A stretch of 64,000 nucleotides of DNA from Eledone cirrhosa (Eukaryota): positions 13,082,001-13,146,000 of the forward strand of contig OZ024761.1 of assembly GCA_964016885.1 (NCBI GenBank), in the 5' to 3' direction. Positions 56,121-64,000 of the stretch are shown here, one piece after another. How positions within the stretch are numbered: the stretch's first letter is position 1; each line of letters starts with the position of its first letter. Under the pieces are notes generated by a model that had not been told where the DNA came from, did no database searches, and saw nothing but the letters and a program-made list of their open reading frames with translations. A program made the position numbers and the translations under genes.

Positions 56121-56623
56121 GAGCAGTGTCTTTCATTAGAAATATGGTAAATATATCATCATCATCATCATCATCATCATCACTATCATTGTTTAATGTC
56201 TATCTTCCACGCTAGCATGGGTTAGACACATTAAATACACATACACAAATGCATACATATATGTAAATCATCATCATCATCATTTTACGTTCGCTTTTCC
56301 CTGCTTGCAAGGGTGGGATGGGAACTGATTCTGGCTTGATTTCTACAGCTGGATGCCCTTCCTAACACCAACCTCATTTACAGTGAGTGCTGGGTGCTTT
56401 TTTGCCGTGGCACCTCCACGACCACTTTTCAGTGTGGGCTGGGTGCTTTTTTGCCGTGGCACCTCCACGACCACTTTGCAGTGGAATGATAGGAACCCCA
56501 GTCCCTATCATCTCATTTCTACAGCTGAGTAAACTGGAGCAATGTGAAATAAAGTGTCTTGCTCAAGGAAACAACACATCATATATATATATATATACAT
56601 ATATACACACACACATACATTAC

Positions 56624-56710
56624 CTTGTAAGCATTGATCAACATGATATGGTCACTCTTGCTACCTCGGGCTAGAATCTTTCGCTGGACATCTGCTTCTT
56701 TCTCTTTTCC
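56624..56710 (-). CDS. DHX36: DHX36 coding exon
   Basis: ttttattag|GGAAAA...TACAAG|gtaatg; 87 bp; GKEKEADVQRKILARGSKSDHIMLINAYK (conserved SDH motif). Confidence 0.95.
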
Positions 56711-57399
56711 CTAATAAAAATAACAAACAAATAAATATACATATACATACACTTATACATATATATATGTATATCAGCATCCTCATCCTCATCACTATTT
56801 AACGTCCCTTAGCCTGGGTCCTGTTTTGAGACAAGGCAAATCACATGACTGTGTTTTGCTCATAAAGACCTGATTCTGGCCTGGATGCCCTTCCTAACAC
56901 CAACCACATTTACAGTGAAGACTGGGTGCTTTTTATCATGGCCCCAAAATGACTAATATATATATATCCTTTCATTCATCATCATTTCATTTTACGCCTG
57001 CTTTTCCCTGCTTGCAAGGGTGGGACGGGAACTGATTCTGGCTTGATTTCTACAGCTGGATGCCCTTCCTAACACCAACCTCATTTACAGTGAGGGCTGG
57101 GTGCTTTTTTTTCCGTGGCACCTACACGACCACTTTACAGTGGAATGATATGGACCTCAGTCCCTATCATCTCATTTCTACAGTGGAGTAAACTGGAGCA
57201 ATGTGAAATAAAGTGTCTTGCTCAAGGAAACAACACATCACCCGGTCTGAGAATTGAACTCACAACCTTTCGATTGCAGGGCCAATGCTCTAACCACTAA
57301 GCCATGTGCCTCCATATATATATATATATATACACAGAGAAACATGTATAATACTTTTAGTTAATGATTCTCTTAGCACTGATGTACCAGTGTTATATT

Positions 57400-57625
57400 A
57401 GGGGTTAATTTACCAGTGGGTTAACTTACAATGACTAACTTACCACTGGAACGACAAGGGGTTAACTTCTTAGTGGGACAACAGTGATTAATTTACCAGT
57501 GGGACAACAAGGATTAGCTATAATTAACTTACCAGTGGGACAACAAGGGGTAACCTCCTAGTGGGATAAAAAATGTTAACCTACCAGAGGAACAACAAAG
57601 GTTAACTTACCAGTGGGACAACAAA
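57400..57625. repeat. Degenerate ~26-bp tandem repeat of the DHX36 exon end plus donor site
   Basis: Repeats of ggttaacttaccagtgggacaacaa; the last copy is the real exon-intron junction at 57611. Confidence 0.8.
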
Positions 57626-57784
57626 GGCGTTTTTGAAGCTCAAGCTTGCAGCTACAGTGAGGATTGGGTCCAGACAACAGAACATGGCACCAAATAGGAT
57701 CATTTTCCCAGAATGTGGGTCAACAGGCATCCGGGCTAAATGTTTTCCCAGCGGCAGTAGGTTTTCGTCCTCATCTAGAGCATT
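57611..57784 (-). CDS. DHX36: DHX36 coding exon (HA2 domain)
   Basis: tttgtag|AATGCT...CCACTG|gtaagt; 174 bp; [58 protein letters not shown]. Confidence 0.96.
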
Positions 57785-57875
57785 CTACAAAAATAAGAGA
57801 GTATTGTAGGAGACAAGATAATTTTAAAAGAAAATAAATAATCTTAAACACATGATTGAAATAAGTTTATGAAGT

Positions 57876-58092
57876 TTAACCTTTTACCATTTACATTACT
57901 CCATATATATTATTATATTTTCATGGTAAAGGCTTTATTTTACATAATATCGAATCTATGAAGTTTTGATGATATTTATTTTGAGAACAATACCTTAACA
58001 TCAGTATGAGTGGCCGGTTACTGCCGGTTTAAACAGAAAGAGGCGAGAGAATTCTGGCCTGATACAGCAGGTTTAAATACTAAAGGGTTAAA
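57876..58092 (+). mobile_element. TTAA-flanked piggyBac-type MITE (also 40937-41333 with SINE insert, 61954-62158, 62351-62553)
   Basis: ttaaccttt/ttaacccttta ... taaagggttaa termini and a conserved ~200-bp interior. Confidence 0.75.
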
Positions 58093-58184
58093 CACATCAT
58101 AGAAATAATTTTATGAAGTTTAAGAAGGAGTGAAATTTCAAAGTTTATATTTGACATTGCAGCTATTAAAATAACTGTGAATAT

Positions 58185-58502
58185 ATATGGAGGCACATGG
58201 CTTAGTGGTTAGAGCATTGGCCTGATATGGAGGCACATGGCTTAGTGGTTAGAGCATTGGCCTGATATGGAGGCACATGGCTTAGTGGTTAGAGCATTGG
58301 CCTGATATGGAGGCACATGGCTTAGTGGTTAGAGCATTGGCCTGATATGGAGGCACATGGCTTAGTGGTTAGAGCATTGGCCTGATATAGAGGCACATGG
58401 CTTAGTGGTTAGAGCATTGGCCTGATATGGAGGCACATGGCTTAGTGGTTAGAGCATTGGCCTGATATGGAGGCACATGGCTTAGTGGTTAGAGCATTGG
58501 CC
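58185..58502. repeat. 40-bp tandem repeat of the SINE-2 5' end (A box), ~8 copies
   Basis: Unit atatggaggcacatggcttagtggttagagcattggcctg running into a full SINE. Confidence 0.93.
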
Positions 58503-58924
58503 TTGCAATCGAAAGGTTGTGAGTTCAATTCTCAGACCAGGTATGTGTTGTTTCCTTGAGCAAGACACTTTATTTCACATTGCTCCAGTTTACTCAGCTG
58601 TAGAAATGAGATGATAGGGGCAGGGGTCCCTATCATACCACTGCAAAGTGGTCGTGGAGGTGCCATGGCAAAAAAGCACCCAGCACTCACTGTAAATGAG
58701 GTTGGTGTTAGGAAGGGCATCCAGCTGTAGAGATCAAGCCAGAATCAGTTCCCGTCCCACCCTTGCAAGCAGGGAATAGCGGACGTAAAATGATGATGAT
58801 GATGATGATTAACTACTTGTAGGGGAATGAACTGGGGAATAGGCAGTAATTAGTGGCTGACCCCTTTAATGTAATGGTGTTCTTGCCTCCAGCTCTCCTC
58901 TGCCACATCCCTAATACACCTTTC

Positions 58925-60360
58925 CAGTCCACCCTGTAAGGTGGTAGTGCTGGTGCCGCAAGAATAGCACCCAGTCCACCCTGTAAAGTGGTAGTGCTGG
59001 TGCCAAGACAAAAAGCACCCAGTTCACCCTGTAAAGTGGTAGTGCTGGTGCCAAGACAAAGAAGCACCCAGTTCACCCTGTAAAGTGGTAGTGCTGGTGC
59101 CAAGACAAAGAAGCACCCAGTCCACCCTGTAAAGTGGTAGTGCTGGTGCCAAGACAAAAAGCACCCAGTTCACCCTGTAAAGTGGTAGTGCTGGTGCCAA
59201 GACAAAGAAGCACCCAGTCCACCCTGTAAAGTGGTAGTGCTGGTGCCAAGACAAAGAAGCACCCAGTTCACCCTGTAAAGTGGTAGTGCTGGTGCCAAGA
59301 CAAAGAAGCACCCAGTCCACCCTGTAAAGTGGTAGTGCTGGTGCCAAGACAAAGAAGCACCCAGTCCACCCTGTAAAGTGGTAGTGCTGGTGCCAAGACA
59401 AAAAGCACCCAGTCCACCCTGTAAAGTGGTAGTGCTGGTGCCAAGACAAAGAAGCACCCAGTTCACCCTGTAAAGTGGTAGTGCTGGTGCCAAGACAAAA
59501 AGCACCCAGTCCACCCTGTAAAGTGGTAGTGCTGGTGCCAAGACAAAAAGCACCCAGTCCACCCTGTAAAGTGGTAGTGCTGGTGCCAAGACAAAAAGCA
59601 CCCAGTCCACCCTGTAAAGTGGTAGTGCTGGTGCCAAGACAAAGAAGCACCCAGTTCACCCTGTAAAGTGGTAGTGCTGGTGCCAAGACAAAGAAGCACC
59701 CAGTTCACCCTGTAAAGTGGTAGTGCTGGTGCCAAGACAAAAAGCACCCAGTCCACCCTGTAAAGTGGTAGTGCTGGTGCCAAGACAAAAAGCACCCAGT
59801 CCACCCTGTAAAGTGGTAGTGCTGGTGCCAAGACAAAAAGCACCCAGTCCACCCTGTAAAGTGGTAGTGCTGGTGCCAAGACAAAAAGCACCCAGTTCAC
59901 CCTGTAAAGTGGTAGTGCTGGTGCCAAGACAAAAAGCACCCAGTCCACCCTGTAAAGTGGTAGTGCTGGTGCCAAGACAAAAAGCACCCAGTCCACCCTG
60001 TAAAGTGGTAGTGCTGGTGCCAAGACAAAAAGCACCCAGTCCACCCTGTAAAGTGGTAGTGCTGGTGCCAAGACAAAAAGCACCCAGTCCACCCTGTAAA
60101 GTGGTAGTGCTGGTGCCAAGACAAAGAAGCACCCAGTTCACCCTGTAAAGTGGTAGTGCTGGTGCCAAGACAAAAAGCACCCAGTCCACCCTGTAAGGTG
60201 ACAGTGCTGGTGCCAAGACAAAAAGCACCCAGTCCACCCTGTAAAGTGGTAGTGCTGGTGCCAAGACAAAGAAGCACCCAGTTCACCCTGTAAAGTGGTA
60301 GTGCTGGTGCCAAGACAAAGAAGCATCCAGTCAACCTTGTAAGGTGGTGGTACTGATGTG
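58925..60360. repeat. 48/49-bp minisatellite, ~30 copies
   Basis: Unit cccagt(c/t)caccctgtaaagtggtagtgctggtgccaagacaaa(g)aagca. Confidence 0.95.
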
Positions 60361-60462
60361 CCACAATCTAGAAAAATGTACATTAAATAATGTTGATAAT
60401 GATGATGATGTTGATGATAATGACCCCCAATGACAATGAAATGGGTTCAAACCCCAACTTAC

Positions 60463-60561
60463 CAAGTCTTGTAATATTTTGATGGCAGAGTTTAGTGCCT
60501 TTAAGGATGGAGTCTGAATCGCTTTCTCCACAAATGGAACAATTTTCCCCAACTTCAATAA
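60463..60561 (-). CDS. DHX36: DHX36 coding exon (winged-helix/HA2 start)
   Basis: ttttccag|TTATTG...GACTTG|gtaagt; 99 bp; LLKLGKIVPFVEKAIQTPSLKALNSAIKILQDL. Confidence 0.93.
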
Positions 60562-60641
60562 CTGGAAAATACATAATAATAATAACAATAATAATAATGC
60601 TTTCTTTATTAACCACAAGGATTGACACAAAGTATAACATT

Positions 60642-61110
60642 AAGGACAACACAGGACAACACAGAACAATACAGGATGGTACAGGACAACACAGGACAAC
60701 ACAGGACAGCACAGAACAATACAGGATAATACAGGACAACACAGGACAATACAGAACAATACAGGACAACATAGGACAATACAGGACAACATAGGACAAT
60801 ACAGGACAGCACAGAACAATACAGGACAACACAGAACAATACAGGACAACATAGGACAATACAGGACAACATAGGACAATACAGGACAACATAGGACAAT
60901 ACAGGACAGCACAGAACAATACAGGACAACACAGGACAACACAGAACAATACAGGACAACATAGGACAATACAGGACAACATAGGACAATACAGGACAGC
61001 ACAGAACAATACAGGACAACACAGGACAACACAGAACAATACAGGACAACATAGGACAATACAGGACAACATAGGACAATACAGGACAACACAGGACAAT
61101 ACAGGACGGT
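60642..61110. repeat. 10-bp-period repeat (acaggacaac/acagaacaat)n inside a Tx1-like LINE 3'UTR
   Basis: Direct reading; flanks resemble the reverse complement of the 39200-40005 element. Confidence 0.9.
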
Positions 61111-61581
61111 ACAAATGGGCATTTCAGCATGTAAAAAAGCAAAAACAGAGGATGTAACAAAATATTGAAAACAATGAAAAATTCCCCAATAGGGGGGAGA
61201 CTTCCGAGGGTCGCCCGTGGAGAAAGCCCACAAAAAAGCCACGGTTACTCTGACTGCTAGGGCAAATGCCCTCTTCCAGTTTTCTATGCTACAGGCACAC
61301 GCTAAGGGTAGACCCATTCACACGGGCCCTTCTTACCTCTCTCACCCACCTTTCAACAAACTGGCTGGAAGGCAGCACTTCTCTCTCCACCCTGATTTAC
61401 CTTTTCAGGTGAAACCTGAAAAAGTTAATGAGGGTGTCACCGAAGAGGAAAGTACCCGTCTTCAACCCTTAATAATAATAATAATTGTTTCTACTTTTGG
61501 CACAAGGCCAGCAATTACCCAGTACATTACTGGTACTTTATTTTATCGACCCCGTACAACAATAACAGCCATATGTCTCAC

Positions 61582-61699
61582 CTTAATCTGTAAACAGAGT
61601 TCCTCTAATCGTGTCCTCAACATCTCAGGTAAAAGATAATCATCCAATAAGGTCTCCGTAAAGGTTGTATACAGGTGATAACATTCACCTGGTTGCACT
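61582..61699 (-). CDS. DHX36: DHX36 coding exon
   Basis: aag|AGTGCAA...ATTAAG|gtgaga; 118 bp; (R)VQPGECYHLYTTFTETLLDDYLLPEMLRTRLEELCLQIK; phase matches previous exon. Confidence 0.95.
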
Positions 61700-62610
61700 C
61701 TTCCAGTGGAATCAACAAAGACAAGAAAGAAAGAGAAGGTCTTCCATTAATTCTTAGCATCCTGTACCAAATAGTATCACATAAACAAGACATTCTTTAA
61801 AAATATAAAACAACACTACGACTGCAGACTGCATCACATTATTAACCCTTCGCCGAGGTTAACCTTGCCTTTCATCCTTACGGGGTCGATAAAATAAAGT
61901 ACCAGTAATGTACTTGGTATTTGCTGGCCTTGTGCCTAAAATAGAAACAATTATTAACCCTTTAGCATTCACATTACTCTATATATACTGTTGTATTTTC
62001 ATGGTAAAGGCTTTATCTCACATAATATCGAATCTATGAGATTTTGAAGGTATTTATTTTGAGAACAATACCTTAACATCAGTTTGAGCGACCAGTTACA
62101 GCCAGTTTCAACAGAAAAAGGTAAAGAATTCTGGCCGTTTTGAACATTAAAGGGTTAATCTTTAGTGGATTGGCAGTATCAGTAGAGTCGGATGACATGC
62201 TTTGCAGCATAGAGTTACGTCCCTTTACGGACTGAGTTCAAATCCCGCCGAGGTTAACTTTGCCTTTCATCCTTACAGAGTCGATAAAATAAAGTACCAG
62301 TAATACACTAGGGTAATTGCTGGCCTTGTGCCAAAAGTAGAAACAATTATTAACCTTTTAGCATTTAAACTGGGCTTATCTGATCAGAATTCTCTTCCTG
62401 TTCAAAAATGGGTTGCAACCGGCCACTCATACTGATGTTAAGGCATAGTTCTCAAAATAAATAATATCAAAATCTCGTAGATTATGTGAGGTAAAGCCTT
62501 TACTGCGAAAGTACAACAGTATATATAGAGTAATGTAAACGGTAAAGGTTTAAGTCAACCTGATGTCTATATGTTTATATTTAGTGTCTGTTAACTCTTT
62601 AGCATTTAAA

Positions 62611-63094
62611 CCGGTCATATCCGGCCAGAATTCTCTCACCTCTTCCTGTTCAAACCAGTCATATCCAGCCAGAATTCTCTCACCTCTTTCTGTTCAAACC
62701 GGTCATATCCGGCCAGAATTCTCTCATCTCTTTCTATTCAAACTGGTCATATCTGGCCAGAATTCTCTCACCTCTTTCTGTTCAAACCGGTCATATCCGG
62801 CCAGAATTCTCTCACCTCTTTCTATTCAAACTGGTCATATCCGGCCAGAATTCTCTCACCTCTTCCTGTTCAAACTGGTCATATCCGGCCAGAATTCTCT
62901 CACCTCTTTCTGTTCAAACCGGTCATATCCGGCCAGAATTCTCTCACCTCTTTCTGTTCAAACCAGTCATATCCGGCCAGAATTCTCTCACCTCTTTCTG
63001 TTCAAACCAGTCATATCCGGCCAGAATTCTCTCACCTCTTTCTGTTCAAACCGGTCATATCCGGCCAGAATTCTCTCACCTCTTTCTGTTCAAA
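62611..63094. repeat. 44-bp minisatellite, 11 copies, from a TTAA-MITE subterminal region
   Basis: Unit ccggtcatatccggccagaattctctcacctctttctgttcaaa. Confidence 0.95.
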
Positions 63095-63372
63095 CAATAA
63101 TAATTGTTTCTACCATAGGTACAAGACTAGCAATCTGTAGGAGGCAGGGAAAGTCGATTAATTGGCCCCCAGTGCATTACTGGTGCTTTATTTTATCGAC
63201 CCCGTAAGGATGAAAGGCAAAGCTAACCATGGCAGGATTTGAACTCAGAACGTAAAGGGTCACAACTCTATGCTGCAAAGCATATTGTCCGACGATCTAC
63301 CGATTCTACTGCCAATCCACCACCCAAATAATAATAATACTAATAAGACAAGAATCACCACGCTCCACTTAC

Positions 63373-63516
63373 CTGCCAGCTCGACCGCGCCTCTGTTTAG
63401 CATTTGCTTTTGACACCTGTTGTGGTTCTAATGACGTGAGGTTTTTCTCTGGTTCAAAATGTTTCACCTTGATTTTACCACAGTCGATGACGAAAACAAC
63501 ATCATCTATAGTAATA
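63373..63516 (-). CDS. DHX36: DHX36 coding exon (first in window; helicase motifs Va-VI). Gene continues beyond window end
   Basis: ctgcag|TATTACT...GCTGGCAG|gtaagt; 144 bp. Translates (S)[47 protein letters not shown](R), matching DHX36 [17 protein letters not shown]...[15 protein letters not shown] as I recall it. Confidence 0.95.
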
Positions 63517-64000
63517 CTGCAGAAGAGAGGAATATATATATATGTGTGTGTGTGTGTTTGTATATATATATGTGTGTGTATATATATGTGTGTGTGTGTG
63601 TGTATATATCATCATTATCATCATCATCATTTTACGTCCGCTTTTCCCTGCTTGCAAGGGTGGGACGGGAATTGACTCTGGCTTGATTTCTACAGCTGGA
63701 TGCCCTTCCTAACACCAACCTCATTTACAGGGAGTGCTGGGTGCTTTTTTGCCGTGGCACCTCCACGTCCACTTTACAGTGTGGGCTGGGTTCTTTTTTG
63801 CCGTGGCACCTCCACAACCACTTTACAGTGGAATGATATGGACCCCAGTCCTATCATCTCATTTCTACAGTGGAGTAAACTGGAGCAATGTGAAATAAAG
63901 GGTCTTGATCAAGGAAACAACATATCACCCGGTCTGAGAATTGAACTCACAACCTTTCGATTGCAAGGCCAATGCTCTAACCACTAAGCCATGTGCCTCC

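Noticed and set aside
58813-61317. Repetitive Cys-rich and Trp/His-rich ORFs
   Set aside because: Read-through of the 48/49-bp and 10-bp tandem repeats, with frame-breaking unit lengths.

Overview
Eukaryotic, very AT-rich and microsatellite-rich DNA. The (TA)n/(TATG)n tracts, tRNA-headed SINEs with RTE-type tails and TTAA-MITEs look like a coleoid cephalopod, probably an octopod (inference). Almost all long ORFs in the track are microsatellite or minisatellite artefacts. The one clear protein-coding gene is the 3' half of a DHX36 (RHAU/G4R1 DEAH helicase) ortholog on the minus strand. I reconstructed 12 coding exons by eye (63516 to stop at 43074, about 435 aa), all GT-AG with consistent phases, plus a donor 1 nt after the stop. 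Its introns hold SINEs, a 5'-truncated RTE LINE, mariner relics, TE-derived minisatellites and duplicated copies of its own splice sites. Downstream (5.4-38.7 kb) is a locally duplicated region. It contains three related multi-kb units (A/B/C; C is bounded by degenerate long TIRs), several foldback palindromes and a 1,436-bp near-perfect inverted duplication. The best novelty candidate is a 160-180 nt GC-rich element in three copies (28.5 kb +, 30.2 kb +, 36.0 kb -). It has a TATA-like box upstream, a T4-5 run at its end, strand-specific G-U stems, a cUUCGg tetraloop, structure-preserving substitutions and a whole-hairpin indel. I could not match it to any ncRNA family I know.
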